The position numbers and the translations under genes are program-made. Of a stretch of 64,000 nucleotides of DNA, positions 1 through 11,686 are shown one piece after another. Position 1 is the first letter of the stretch; each line of letters starts with the position of its first letter. Under the pieces are notes generated by a model. It was not told the origin of the DNA. It did no database searches and worked only from the letters and a program-made list of their open reading frames with translations. The stretch covers positions 128,001-192,000 of the forward strand of contig CAVXLD010000003.1 in the NCBI GenBank assembly GCA_963762565.1, written 5' to 3'. Origin of the DNA: an uncultured Verrucomicrobiae bacterium (GTDB lineage: Bacteria > Verrucomicrobiota > Verrucomicrobiia > Chthoniobacterales > JAFAMB01).

Positions 1-119
1 ATCACAGGGGGACTTCTCTTCTATCTGATGTGCTAGTGAAAGTAAATGCGCGATTTCACGGCAAAGACAAGCCGCGGATGGACTTAGATATTGCGCAGAT
101 AGACTCACGCGAAGGCCTC

Positions 120-428
120 CTATTGTTCGATAACCAGGTCGAGATGGAGACAACGTGCGTCGAAGTGCTTTAAGAGTTCCTTCGCCCTTGGGGCGACATG
201 GGCCGCCTCATAGTCGTCGCCGGCGAACCTGCGAATAGCGTCGACGGAAGAGAAACGGGTTATGGTCACAAATTCGATTTCGTCTCCGACATTGCGCCGG
301 AGAACGGACACGCCGTGGTAACCGTCGATTTCTTTAAGAGGAGGCAGAAAAGTGGAACGAAGAAACTCTTCGTAGAGATCTGCGTTCTGCTCGTTGGCGG
401 CCCAGCCGCGCCAAAGTCTCGCGATCAT
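120..428 (-). CDS. Antibiotic biosynthesis monooxygenase-like (dimeric alpha/beta barrel) protein
   Basis: 102 aa; MIARLWRGW...FVTITRFSSVDAIRRFAGDDYEAAHV pattern typical of ABM-like proteins. Confidence 0.75.
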   Translation of the reverse strand: MIARLWRGWAANEQNADLYEEFLRSTFLPPLKEIDGYHGVSVLRRNVGDEIEFVTITRFSSVDAIRRFAGDDYEAAHVAPRAKELLKHFDARCLHLDLVIEQ

Positions 429-475
429 TAGAGGAAGCTAGCCGCGAGCAGGGTAGAAGACAAACGAGTGGGGGG

Positions 476-527
476 TTGGAGCGGTGGAGTAGTGAAGTGT
501 TGGAGCGTTGGAGCGTTGGAGTATTGG
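476..527. repeat. Octamer tandem array (TGGAGYRN)
   Basis: tggagcgg tggagtag tgaagtgt tggagcgt tggagcgt tggagtat; related arrays near 11607, 28737 (reverse) and 60405. Confidence 0.75.
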
Positions 528-1029
528 GTGGCGCGGATCGACCGAACGAGCGCGCGGAGCTTTCGCCGTCGGCCAGTTGGCTGTTTTTCAAGGCGCGAGC
601 GAAGCGCCCATATCTGGTTCATACGGGTCGAGCGAGCAACGAGGAAAAACAGCCAACTGGCCACGGCCCGGAGGGTTGCGATGAAAATGGGCCGGCGGCT
701 GCGTTGCTCGTAGGTTACGTATCGATCAAGATATGCGCCCTCTACCGCCAGTCCGGCTCGGACCGCCTTGCCGGCGGCCCATTTTGATCGCAACGAAAGC
801 CATGTTATTTATGGGACAGCACACTAGGTTACTGCTAACGCTCTTAGTAATCTCGTAAGGTTAACCCGCCCCATTTGACCCTCTCGCTTTGTTTGCAAAA
901 CTGGTCGCAGAAGTCTTTGGCTCAGACCGAGTTTTGGGTATCGTCGGTTGTTAGCATCACCTCCAGGATTCAGTAGCTACTCGTATGGATACGCGCCTTA
1001 ACCTCCGACGGGCGGATCTGCCCGCATAC

Positions 1030-1170
1030 ATGGTTAGTTATTGCTGTGGCCCGTTGCTGGTTGTCTGCAACCTCCTTCTGATAGTGGTCCCAGCGACGAG
1101 AGCCGCTAACCAGTTGCCTGCAGTCACGGTTACCGGTCGAGTCACACCCACTCCCACGCCCCATGGCGAC
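1030..1170 (+). pseudogene. Possible 5' remnant of a TonB-dependent receptor or other secreted protein
   Basis: Signal-peptide-like LLVVCNLLLIVVPATRA followed by TonB-box-like LPAVTVTG, then runs into a repeat terminus at 1167. Confidence 0.3.
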
Positions 1171-1199
1171 GAGCCTCAGCGAGTCGCGCGAGTCGCTCC

Positions 1200-1739
1200 T
1201 CAGCGCGCCGTGGCGCCGAGTTCTCCTAGATGGCGGAGTACGATGCGGTGGGTTTCGGCCGCAAAAGCTTTCAGGTCGGGGTTAGAGCCGCCGATGCTTT
1301 CCTGTTGGAATGCGGCGCCATCAATATGATGGATCTGTTCCATCGCGTGCAGGTAGGCAGCATCGAATGCCGCTCCGGATAACGCGCTTAGTTTATCGAG
1401 ACGCGCCTGAAACTCGGCGTTGAGCGCAGTGGGGAATTCCATGCCGTTGGCTTCCATGATCGATTTTAGTTTGTTGCCCACCAGGGTGTGATCATGTTCC
1501 TCTGTGTTGGCTTGATCCTGGAGGTCCTGGGTTGTGGCTTTAGTTTCAGCAACCTTGGCCAGTTCGATTTCAAACATTCCACCTTGGGAAACCTTGGCGA
1601 CAAACGCTTTATCGGCCGCAGAAAAAGTATTGTCCGCGTAACTCGTGGATGCAGCGGCCACCAGCAGCATGCTGCTGAACGCACAGAAATAAAAACGGGA
1701 ACGGGTCATTGAAAACGTACTAGAATGATTCGCGATCAT
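1200..1739 (-). CDS. DUF4142 family secreted ferritin-like protein (start possibly 1709)
   Basis: Signal peptide, then SAADKAFVAKVSQGGMFEIELAK...DH...L.LSGAAFDAAY...H; typical of DUF4142. Confidence 0.8.
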   Translation of the reverse strand: MIANHSSTFSMTRSRFYFCAFSSMLLVAAASTSYADNTFSAADKAFVAKVSQGGMFEIELAKVAETKATTQDLQDQANTEEHDHTLVGNKLKSIMEANGMEFPTALNAEFQARLDKLSALSGAAFDAAYLHAMEQIHHIDGAAFQQESIGGSNPDLKAFAAETHRIVLRHLGELGATAR

Positions 1740-1832
1740 ACGAAATGAGGGAATAAGTTAGGGGTTAAGGGTCGGGTTCTGATTTTACTTTTACAACACA
1801 CTGGAAAACGATGTTCGTAATGGGAGGCAGGT

Positions 1833-1967
1833 AGCTCGCCGAGACTCGCCAATAGCAAATAGAAAATAGCAAATAGCAAAGGGGCCCTCGAGCTATCCAA
1901 CGCGGTTTAGCGATCGCATTTGCTATTTGCTATCTGCTATTTGCTATTCGACGAGCCTCAGCGAGTT
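1833..1967. repeat. Foldback element: inverted (TAGCAAA)n arrays with CTCGC-GAG termini
   Basis: aatagcaaatagaaaatagcaaatagcaaa ... tttgctatttgctatctgctatttgctatt; same layout at 15326-15460. Confidence 0.85.
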
Positions 1968-1971
1968 GATC

Positions 1972-4263
<2,292 letters not shown>

Positions 4264-4284
4264 TCAGGGAATCCCACTGTTCCA

Positions 4285-4321
4285 ATACATATTTCCCATT
4301 GGGACTATAGGCGTTACCTAT
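4285..4321. promoter_or_regulatory. OxyR-type binding site upstream of katG
   Basis: ATAC-N7-CCAT-N7-ATAG-N7-CTAT versus the OxyR consensus ATAG-N7-CTAT-N7-ATAG-N7-CTAT. Confidence 0.7.
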
Positions 4322-4358
4322 CGAAGTTCATGGATCCTAAGGCGTACCAGAGGACCAG

Positions 4359-4535
4359 CGGAGGGACGCGGCATTCACGCTTGCTATGCCGAGTGCGCTG
4401 CGACCTAAGAATGAGCGCAGCGTTTTCTTGTGCCACAACCGCGACGCCCCGACTAATGTGCTACGGCGCTTGAGGTTGCACGTTTGCCGGTCTGGTCACG
4501 CGATCCAGGGCGCCACACCAATGCGGCTCCCCTCC
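4359..4535. repeat. Dispersed MITE-like repeat (family F termini, conserved core)
   Basis: Core 4399-4514 matches the reverse complement of 24549-24667; imperfect GGAGGG..GC ATT / AATGCGGCTCCCCTCC ends. Confidence 0.7.
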
Positions 4536-4582
4536 GTCCTCGGCCATGGATGACGACGGATCAATAGACCGACCGAACTGCC

Positions 4583-4951
4583 CTATCTCGCGCTTTTTTT
4601 TGGGGTCAGGCCTTCCTCGAGGTAGGATTTCAGCACCAAAGCACTATTGTGGTCGGTGTCATGCGCGCTGTACAAGAGCGTGATGTCGCCCTGTTGAGCG
4701 GCGTCGAACAATGGTTGGCAGGCAGCCCGGTTACCGGCCAGCTCGGCCCGGTACCGGCGTTGGAATTCTTTCCATTTGGCGGGATCATGGCTGAACCACT
4801 GACGCAGCTCGGTACTAGGCGCTACCTGTTTGCACCAGGCTGTCATATGTAAGGCTTCCTTTTTCATCCCGCGCGGCCAAAGACGTTCCACAAGGAATCG
4901 AGAACCGTCCTCTTTCGCAGGCGGGTCATAGACTCGTTTAATGCTGATCAT
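4583..4951 (-). CDS. DUF488 / YeaO family protein
   Basis: MISIKRVYD...DGSRFLVERLWPRG...VAPSTELRQWFSHDP...ITLLYSA..HNSALVL; ATG at 4951. Confidence 0.9.
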   Translation of the reverse strand: MISIKRVYDPPAKEDGSRFLVERLWPRGMKKEALHMTAWCKQVAPSTELRQWFSHDPAKWKEFQRRYRAELAGNRAACQPLFDAAQQGDITLLYSAHDTDHNSALVLKSYLEEGLTPKKSAR

Positions 4952-5087
4952 AAGCTTTACTCTTGGTTGGCATTTCAGGTCTGCCGCACGGCCACGAATC
5001 GCTAGCGCCGCCTTGGTTAGTGCACTGCCAGAACTTCTCAGCGCCCTAAAGCAGCTCAAACCCGGTGGGGCCGCAGGGTTCAGATCG

Positions 5088-5210
5088 GGGAGGGCGCGCG
5101 TCCCCGCGCGCCGCGAAGATGTGCCACGACCCAAAGGCTTATCTACGTTTCGCATTCGCAACATGTCCTCGCCTTCGGTAACAACAGATCGCGAGGACGC
5201 GATCCCTCCC
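5088..5210 (+). repeat. REP-doublet element, family A
   Basis: GGGAGGGCGCGCGTCCCCGCGCGC ... GATCGCGAGGACGCGATCCCTCCC. Confidence 0.85.
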
Positions 5211-5255
5211 TAACGGTGGGCCTGGCTCAATCCAGGGACGAAGTGGCTTTCACCC

Positions 5256-6278
5256 TCAACCTTCCATCATAAGAACAACGCGGAAGCGAACCTTGCCGCT
5301 GTGCATTTGCTCATAGGCTTCCTTGACGCTGCTAAGAGGAAATTTCTCGATCATGGGATGCACATCGCTCAGCGCACTGAATTCTAAGGTGTCCTGAGAA
5401 TCGTGGGCGGAGCCGGAATACCAGCCCGAGATTCTCCGGCGGCCCATCAATAACGGAAACATGCCCACGGTGAGCGGATCGTTGGGCGCAGCCGGAATCA
5501 AGAGATTGCCATCTATGCCCAATCCAGCAACCACGTCGGAGATCGCCTTAGCGTTGGGAGCGGTCGCCAGGATCACACGCGCGCCGCCGAGCTTCTGCAA
5601 TTCAGCCACCGTATCGAGAGCCGCCGAATCGATGTAATGATGCGCACCGAGTTTTCTCGCGAGCGGTTCCTTGTCCGCGCCACGTCCGAGCGCCACGGTT
5701 TTGAACCCCATTTTGCGAGCGTATTGAATACCAAGATGGCCGAGGCCGCCAATCCCCTGCACAGCAACGACGTCGCCGGGACGCGCGCCGGAGTGACGCA
5801 AGGCGTTAAAGACCGTCACACCCGCGCACATGAATGGTCCAGCTTCTTCGGCCGGTACCTGGTCCGGAATGGCCGCGAGTGCTTCCTGCGGTGCGATCAC
5901 GTATTCGGCGTAGCCCCCATCGTAGTCGATCCCAGTTATCTTGCGATTAACACACATGGTGAAGTCGCCACGCCGGCATTCCTCACAAACGAAGTCGTGG
6001 CCGCCATGCCAGCCGACGCCAACGCGATCGCCAGTTTTCCAGTTCGTGACTCCGGCCCCAGGAGCGTCAACGCGGCCAGCAATTTCGTGCCCTGGCACCC
6101 GCGGATACTGCAGGCCCGGCCAGAAACCATCTTTGACTATCGCATCGCTGTGACAAATGCCACAGGCTTCCACCTTTATTCGCACCTGGCCGGCGCTTGG
6201 TTCGGGAATATCCCGTTCAACCAACTCAAAATCGCCGCCTGCTTTGCTAATCTGCGCCACTGTCATTTTCGTTTTCAT
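5256..6278 (-). CDS. Zinc-dependent alcohol dehydrogenase
   Basis: CGICHSD, GHEIAG, GIGGLG NAD-binding motif, GKVRFRVVL. Confidence 0.95.
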   Translation of the reverse strand: MKTKMTVAQISKAGGDFELVERDIPEPSAGQVRIKVEACGICHSDAIVKDGFWPGLQYPRVPGHEIAGRVDAPGAGVTNWKTGDRVGVGWHGGHDFVCEECRRGDFTMCVNRKITGIDYDGGYAEYVIAPQEALAAIPDQVPAEEAGPFMCAGVTVFNALRHSGARPGDVVAVQGIGGLGHLGIQYARKMGFKTVALGRGADKEPLARKLGAHHYIDSAALDTVAELQKLGGARVILATAPNAKAISDVVAGLGIDGNLLIPAAPNDPLTVGMFPLLMGRRRISGWYSGSAHDSQDTLEFSALSDVHPMIEKFPLSSVKEAYEQMHSGKVRFRVVLMMEG

Positions 6279-6416
6279 AAGGCTTAGCTTTTCAACCGTG
6301 CTATCTAAGGGTTTGAGAGAAGAGATCGAGTCAACTACTTCATCTTCATCTTGGATCAGCGTGGGGACCAGTCATTTAAGCGGGTAGATCACCATGATAT
6401 GTTTTACTGCATCGCG

Positions 6417-7151
6417 ATGAAGGACGGCGTCCCAAAAAATAAGTTTGGCAACTCTGACCATCGTCCTCCGCCGATGTTCGTCGCAGATCACCTTGGTCTG
6501 GATTTCCTCAACTCGATTGGGACCCCAGTAGAAGTGGTTGTTGAGTGGATTGCCAATGGAGAGGACCTTTTGGCCTGGCTGCTGGAAGCGAAGCTTATCG
6601 ACTCGACCCAAGTGGAGGTTATCCGGGCAAACTCATTCCCGGGGGAACTCAACGAAGTGGCGGCCCAAGCGCGTGCCTTACGCGAATGGTTTCGCGGCTT
6701 TGTTCTCTCACGCAAGGGACGTCCCTTGACCGCCAAAGTATTGAGTCAGCTGGAACCGTTAAATCGGGTACTGGAGCGCGACGAAGGTTACGGAGCAATT
6801 GTCCCTAGATCTGCTGGTCGCGAGAAGCCGCCAGCTTCGTCTGGGTTCGAGTTGCGGCGTCTGCGGCGCTGGGTCACACCGAACGCCTTACTTCTGCCGA
6901 TCGCGGAGGCGCTGGCTGATCTGGTCTGCTCGGAAGATTTCTCTCTGGTGAAAGGATGCGAGGGCAAAATCTGTACCTTCTTATTTCTCGACCGCACGAA
7001 CGGACGTGCCAGACGTTGGTGCAGCATGGCGGTCTGTGGTAACCGGGCAAAACAGGAAGCTCATCGGCAACGCGCCGTAAAGAGACGCAAATCGCCAGCT
7101 AGATCGGGAATGAACACGAAAGCGAAAAGAAAGACTTCAACCGCAGATTAA
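6417..7151 (+). CDS. ABATE / CGNR zinc-finger transcriptional regulator (start uncertain)
   Basis: LGLDFLNS N-terminal ABATE motif; C-x4-C...RRWCSMAVCGNRAK. Confidence 0.92.
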   Translation: MKDGVPKNKFGNSDHRPPPMFVADHLGLDFLNSIGTPVEVVVEWIANGEDLLAWLLEAKLIDSTQVEVIRANSFPGELNEVAAQARALREWFRGFVLSRKGRPLTAKVLSQLEPLNRVLERDEGYGAIVPRSAGREKPPASSGFELRRLRRWVTPNALLLPIAEALADLVCSEDFSLVKGCEGKICTFLFLDRTNGRARRWCSMAVCGNRAKQEAHRQRAVKRRKSPARSGMNTKAKRKTSTAD

Positions 7152-7457
7152 TCCGCCGCCGCTTCGCTATGGCGCGACACAGGCGCAGATGTACGCAGAT
7201 AGGATGCTCGTCGCGCTAATCGATAGAGCGAAACCGGTCGTTGGATCGACGAACGCCGGAAAACGGTAAAGATCCGCAGATTACACAAATTGCGCAGAAT
7301 TCGCTCAGGGGCTGAGTTAGCACCGCGAGTTAAAGGAGAACGTGTCGCTATGACAGACGTATTTTTATCGCCAGGCCATATCAAAGGTCAGAACGAAATC
7401 TGCGTTTATTTGCACCTGTCGCGCCAAAGCGAAGCGGCGGCGGATTCATCTGCGGTT
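7140..7457. repeat. Long intergenic inverted repeat (CGCAGAT-rich family)
   Basis: aaccgcagattaatccgccgccgcttcgctatggcgcgaca ... tgtcgcgccaaagcgaagcggcggcggattcatctgcggtt; related ends at 51945-52250. Confidence 0.8.
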
Positions 7458-7499
7458 GGGTTTGAGTTTCTTTGTTTTCGTGGTCCCAGAGGCGATCTC

Positions 7500-7550
7500 T
7501 GTAACATTTTTCGGGCCAATAACTGTGTTAATATCATGTAAGAGGTTATT
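7500..7550. promoter_or_regulatory. Two overlapping TAAC-N21-GTTA boxes
   Basis: TGTAAC-N21-GTTAAT (7500-7532) and AATAAC-N21-GTTATT (7518-7550). Confidence 0.55.
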
Positions 7551-7710
7551 AGACATTAGTGGGCGGGGACGAAAATTCGTAGGTACCAAAATTCGAACCA
7601 CGGTCACTTTGGATTGAGTCAATGCTCGGCTAGATCTGCGGAGCATACGGATCAATCGAGTTAACTTTGGCATGAAAGATGTTGGTGGATTCATGCGTGA
7701 AGATGAACCT

Positions 7711-7743
7711 AATAACCTGTAGAAGATTTCGAGAAAGGTTATT
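7711..7743. promoter_or_regulatory. TAAC-N21-GTTA box
   Basis: AATAACCT-N17-AGGTTATT, perfect 8-bp arms. Confidence 0.6.
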
Positions 7744-7925
7744 GACTGGTCTATCTGGAGCGAGGAGAAGTACCGCTGAGATGAAAACGAATGTGGCTAC
7801 TGAGCTCCTAAGAACAGGATTTCTGAAAAGAGTTGTTCCGGCTGACCGGCGTGGGCGTTTCGGCGACACCAGGGAGGCTCAGACCGTTGTTCGCTCGCAC
7901 AACTGAATCCACTGAACAAACCACC

Positions 7926-8816
7926 ATGAATACATCGAACCTTCCAACCATCGGGCTCCACACTGTCGAGGCCGACGGAATCAAGATCTTTTACCGAGAG
8001 GCAGGACCGGTTGACGGTCCCGTGCTTTTGTTGCTGCACGGTTACCCCACGTCTTCACACATGTTTCGGCATGTGATGCCGCGGTTGGCGTCCTCGTTCC
8101 GGTTGATTGCGCCGGATCTCCCCGGCTTTGGGTTTACCGAGGTGCCGGCTGCGCGGCAATACCAGTACACCTTCGACGATCTCGGGGTCACGATTAACGC
8201 GTTTGTGGAGGCGCTGAACCTGAAGCGCTATGCTATCTACGTGTTCGATTACGGCGCGCCAACCGGCTTTCGCCTTGCTATGGCTCATCCCGAACGGGTT
8301 GCTGCGATCATATCGCAGAACGGAAATGGTTATGTGGAGGGCCTGGGCGACGCTTGGGATCCAATCAAGAAATACTGGAAGGATCCGAGTCCCGCCAATC
8401 GCGAAGTGCTTCGCCAGTTTGTCGGTTTCGAGGGAACGAAGTGGCAGTACGTCCATGGAGTGAGCGATCCATTGTTGGTTGAGCCGGAGGCATACTGGCT
8501 GGATACGGCTCTGCTACAGCGTCCTGGTAACGTCGAAATTCAACTCGACCTTTTCCTGGACTACGCCAGCAATGTAAAGTTGTACTCAACATTCCAGGAA
8601 TACTTCCGTGAATATCAACCGCCGCTGCTGGCCGCCTGGGGAAAAAACGATCCGTTCTTTATTCCGCCTGGCGCCGAGGCATTTCGCCGAGATATCCCGT
8701 CTGCAAAAGTAGTCTTTTACGACACGGGCCATTTCGCGCTGGAAACCCATGTACAGGAGATATCCGATGAAATTCGCTCGTTCTTAAGCGAGCTAGTCCA
8801 GACCGGGAAGTTCTAA
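7926..8816 (+). CDS. Alpha/beta fold hydrolase (epoxide hydrolase/dehalogenase-like)
   Basis: LLHGYP, APDLPGFG, FDYGAP nucleophile Asp, GHFALE; ATG at 7926. Confidence 0.92.
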   Translation: MNTSNLPTIGLHTVEADGIKIFYREAGPVDGPVLLLLHGYPTSSHMFRHVMPRLASSFRLIAPDLPGFGFTEVPAARQYQYTFDDLGVTINAFVEALNLKRYAIYVFDYGAPTGFRLAMAHPERVAAIISQNGNGYVEGLGDAWDPIKKYWKDPSPANREVLRQFVGFEGTKWQYVHGVSDPLLVEPEAYWLDTALLQRPGNVEIQLDLFLDYASNVKLYSTFQEYFREYQPPLLAAWGKNDPFFIPPGAEAFRRDIPSAKVVFYDTGHFALETHVQEISDEIRSFLSELVQTGKF

Positions 8817-8881
8817 GCTTCTGTTTCTGTGCGATTCAGTGATCGCCTCATTGGCGTGACTCAGCTGGCCGGTCTCTCGGT

Positions 8882-9418
8882 ATGCCGGTTCTTGGGTCTA
8901 TTTCGGTGAAAAATCGGCTGGTTATCGAGCGGGTTGTTTCCGAGTTGTATGAACCCGTGTACCGGTTCGCCTTGTCCTTGACCCACAGCGAAGATGACGC
9001 GGCGGATCTCACCCAAGAGGCCTTCTTAAACCTCTGCCAGCGAAACGAGCAAGTGCGGGAACCCGACAAAATCAAGTCCTGGTTATTTACTACCCTTCGT
9101 AGAGCAGTTTTTCAGACGGTGCGCAGACGGCGTTCGCATCGTGAGGTTGAGCTGAACGCAAATGACCAGCCGCAGTCGAGGGATGATCCAACCGGAACGC
9201 TGCCCGTGGATTCCCGTGTGATCCTATGTGCACTATCCGAGCTGGGGGAGGATTATCGGACTGTGCTGGAATTGTTTTATGTCGCGGACCTCTCGTACAG
9301 GGAAATATCAACCACCCTGCAAATACCGATTGGGACGGTCATGTTTCGGCTGTCACGTGCTAAAGAGCAACTGAGAGGCGTTTTAACGAGTGTAGAAGCG
9401 CGCCGGCAGATCAGCTGA
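8882..9418 (+). CDS. ECF RNA polymerase sigma factor
   Basis: DAADLTQEAF, KSWLFT (region 2); LSYREIS..LQIPIGTV..RLSRA (region 4). Confidence 0.88.
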   Translation: MPVLGSISVKNRLVIERVVSELYEPVYRFALSLTHSEDDAADLTQEAFLNLCQRNEQVREPDKIKSWLFTTLRRAVFQTVRRRRSHREVELNANDQPQSRDDPTGTLPVDSRVILCALSELGEDYRTVLELFYVADLSYREISTTLQIPIGTVMFRLSRAKEQLRGVLTSVEARRQIS

Positions 9419-9475
9419 TTTCCGAAGCCGTCGGTGTTTTGTCAGCTTGAAAGCAGGTTATGGGCGGCTTTGACC

Positions 9476-9508
9476 AATAACTATACGGAACAGCTCGCAA
9501 AGGTTATT
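9476..9508. promoter_or_regulatory. TAAC-N21-GTTA box
   Basis: AATAAC-N21-GTTATT. Confidence 0.55.
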
Positions 9509-9734
9509 TCGATTTGTGTTGGGTTGTGAAAACTAATGAGTCGACAAGCTTAGACAAGACTTTGTCCATGTCGGTTCGGAGACACAGTAGACGAAAGTCC
9601 GTAAGTACGAACCGTCGTACGAGTCGGAGCATGGCATCTTGGAGGCATAATCATCTGATACCCAGGCAAAATCGAGCCCGAGGGTATAAGTTGGCATGTA
9701 ATCTGTTGAAGGTTTCTCAGTTTGACACGGATAG

Positions 9735-9767
9735 AGTAACTGTACCAAGTATAATGGAAAAGTTACT
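9735..9767. promoter_or_regulatory. TAAC-N21-GTTA box
   Basis: AGTAACT-N19-AGTTACT, perfect 7-bp arms. Confidence 0.55.
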
Positions 9768-9920
9768 AAAAGAACGATCGATAACGATTCACAGCGACCG
9801 TGCTGGCCACCGGAACCCGTATGAAAACCCCGTTGACATGCGAAGGCGGCGGCGGTCTGGAGCTGGCGAGCGTGTTGTGATTCAGTTTCAGCCTACAACG
9901 GAATAAAGAGTAAACAGAAT

Positions 9921-10622
9921 ATGAGTGCATTTTCTAACAAAGCGACGGTAGTTCTCGTCCACGGGGCATGGGCGGATGGCAGCAGTTGGAGTCGGGTTGT
10001 GCTGCCTTTGCTGAACGACGGTCTGGAGGTGATATGCGCGCCGATCCCGCTAACGTCTCTATCCGAAGATATTGCGGCCTTAGATCGGGTTCTAGAGCGC
10101 ACTGAAGGTCCAGTATTGCTGGCTGCGCACGCGTATGCCGGTGCGGTAATCGCGGGAACAAAAAACGAGCGAGTCAAATCGTTGGTGTATATCGCAGCGC
10201 TCGCTCCGGATGAGGGCGAGAGCGTGTCTGACGTATTCTTTCGCGAGCCGCCTCATCCACAGGCTCCTCACGTGCAGCCGGATGCGCACGGTTTGATTTG
10301 GATGCCAGACTCGGGGTTTCTGAACGCCTTTGCCCAAAATGCTTCGAAGGAGGTGAAGGCTATAAATACCGCGGTGCAAAGGCCGTTGTCTGTCCGTTGC
10401 ATTCAAGAGCCATCCCCGAAGCCAGGTTGGAGATCGAAGCCTTCCTGGTTCCTGATCGCGACTGAAGACCGTATGATAAATCCAAAGACTCAGCAGTTCA
10501 TGGCTGAACGTATGTCCGCCAAGATCAGGGTGAGAGCGGTCGATCATACTCCGCTCCAGACAGCGCCCGAAGAAGTAGTTGATATCATCCGAGAAGCCGC
10601 CGGCGAAACGCTGATCTCTTAG
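9921..10622 (+). CDS. Alpha/beta fold hydrolase (Abhydrolase_6-like); nucleophile elbow reads AHAYAG
   Basis: VLVHGAWADGSSW, LVYIAALAPD, EDRMI, DH; the usual GHSYGG serine is replaced by Ala. Confidence 0.85.
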   Translation: MSAFSNKATVVLVHGAWADGSSWSRVVLPLLNDGLEVICAPIPLTSLSEDIAALDRVLERTEGPVLLAAHAYAGAVIAGTKNERVKSLVYIAALAPDEGESVSDVFFREPPHPQAPHVQPDAHGLIWMPDSGFLNAFAQNASKEVKAINTAVQRPLSVRCIQEPSPKPGWRSKPSWFLIATEDRMINPKTQQFMAERMSAKIRVRAVDHTPLQTAPEEVVDIIREAAGETLIS

Positions 10623-10664
10623 TCGGCCCGGAACATCGGTCAGCGAAATAAAGGAAAAGCAAGA

Positions 10665-11435
10665 ATGAAAGAGGCAGTTGCGATAGTCACGGGTGCGAGT
10701 CAGGGAATTGGCCGGGCCACAGCGATGCGCCTGGCGAAGGATTTCTCGGGAGTGGTTCTTGCCGCTCGCAATGCGGAAGCGCTCCGGGAAGTTGCGGCTG
10801 AGATTAAGGAGAGTGGAGCTGAATCGCTGAGCGCCGCGCTTGATTTACGGACCAAGGAGTCCGCTGAGAATTTAGTGAACCAAACGCTTGCTCGGTTTGG
10901 AAGGATCGATGCCCTGGTCAACATCGCTGGGGCAGTACCACAGATCGGTCTCTTCGAGATGACGGACGAGCAGTGGCAAGACGGCATGGAGTTAAAGTTC
11001 CATGGGGCTCGCCGGTTGACGATCTCAGCTTGGGACGCTCTTAGAGCCTCACAAGGGTCGGTCGTTCTGATGTCCGGGAGTGCGGCTTTAGATCCGAAAC
11101 CTGGCTTTGCTGCTGTGGCCGCCATCAACGCCGCCATCATTGCCATGGCCAAGGCGTTTGCCGAGCAAGGCATAAAGGACGGGGTGCAAGTTAATAGCCT
11201 TGTCCCGGGGCCAGTAATGACTCACCGCCGGAAGACTTTTATGGAAAAATGGGCGCCGGCCCATGGAATGACAGTTGAGGAAGCCACGAAGAAGTTTCCC
11301 GCGGAGATAGGTATTAGCCGTTATGGCGCGCCAGAAGAGGTCGCTGACTTAATCGCCTTTCTGGTGTCTCCGGCGGCGAAATGGCTGACCGGAACTTCAG
11401 TCCGCATCGACGGTGGGGAGATTAAAGGGATTTGA
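10665..11435 (+). CDS. SDR family oxidoreductase
   Basis: TGASQGIG, LVNIAG, VNSLVPGPV, TGTSVRIDGG. Confidence 0.92.
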   Translation: MKEAVAIVTGASQGIGRATAMRLAKDFSGVVLAARNAEALREVAAEIKESGAESLSAALDLRTKESAENLVNQTLARFGRIDALVNIAGAVPQIGLFEMTDEQWQDGMELKFHGARRLTISAWDALRASQGSVVLMSGSAALDPKPGFAAVAAINAAIIAMAKAFAEQGIKDGVQVNSLVPGPVMTHRRKTFMEKWAPAHGMTVEEATKKFPAEIGISRYGAPEEVADLIAFLVSPAAKWLTGTSVRIDGGEIKGI

Positions 11436-11457
11436 GATTACTGGCAGTACTCCATCG

Positions 11458-11635
11458 CTTCGTTCTCGTCCTCGTCGTCGTCCTTCCGACTTCGCCAACG
11501 CCTGGTTGTGGAGCGCGCCTCGCTTGCGAGGCCGACTTCGGGAGGTAGGTAACATAGAGCGTGGGCTTCGTCGGACAGGCTGTTCTCGAGTGCGGGCTTG
11601 CGGATCATGGAGTACTGGAGTGTTGGAGTATTGCA
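11458..11635. repeat. Nested repeat: family E (GACGAG-rich) containing C containing D, followed by octamers
   Basis: cgttctcgtcctcgtcgtcgtcc|ttccgacttcgcc..gtggagcgcgcctcgcttgcgaggccgac..ggcttcgtcggacaggctg|ttctcga. Confidence 0.8.
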
Positions 11636-11686
11636 CTGGGCTGTCGTTGATCGACTATCCGCGGGTGCGGTGTTACACACAATGTA

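Noticed and set aside
428..793. 121-aa ORF upstream of the ABM gene
   Set aside because: TTG start, the C-terminal part is translated octamer repeat, and no family was recognised
836..863. Possible extra TAAC...GTTA box
   Set aside because: The spacer is 20 rather than 21 nt and the site is far from the CGNR cluster
4952..5164. Long N-terminal extensions in the ORF track (DUF488, aldolase, rhodanese, S46 peptidase, paralog 2)
   Set aside because: The extensions run through repeats or non-coding DNA; downstream ATGs match family N-termini or signal peptides
9532..9600. Hammerhead-like core (ctaatgagtc...gacgaaa)
   Set aside because: The core reads CUAAUGA rather than CUGANGA, and no convincing stems I and III were found
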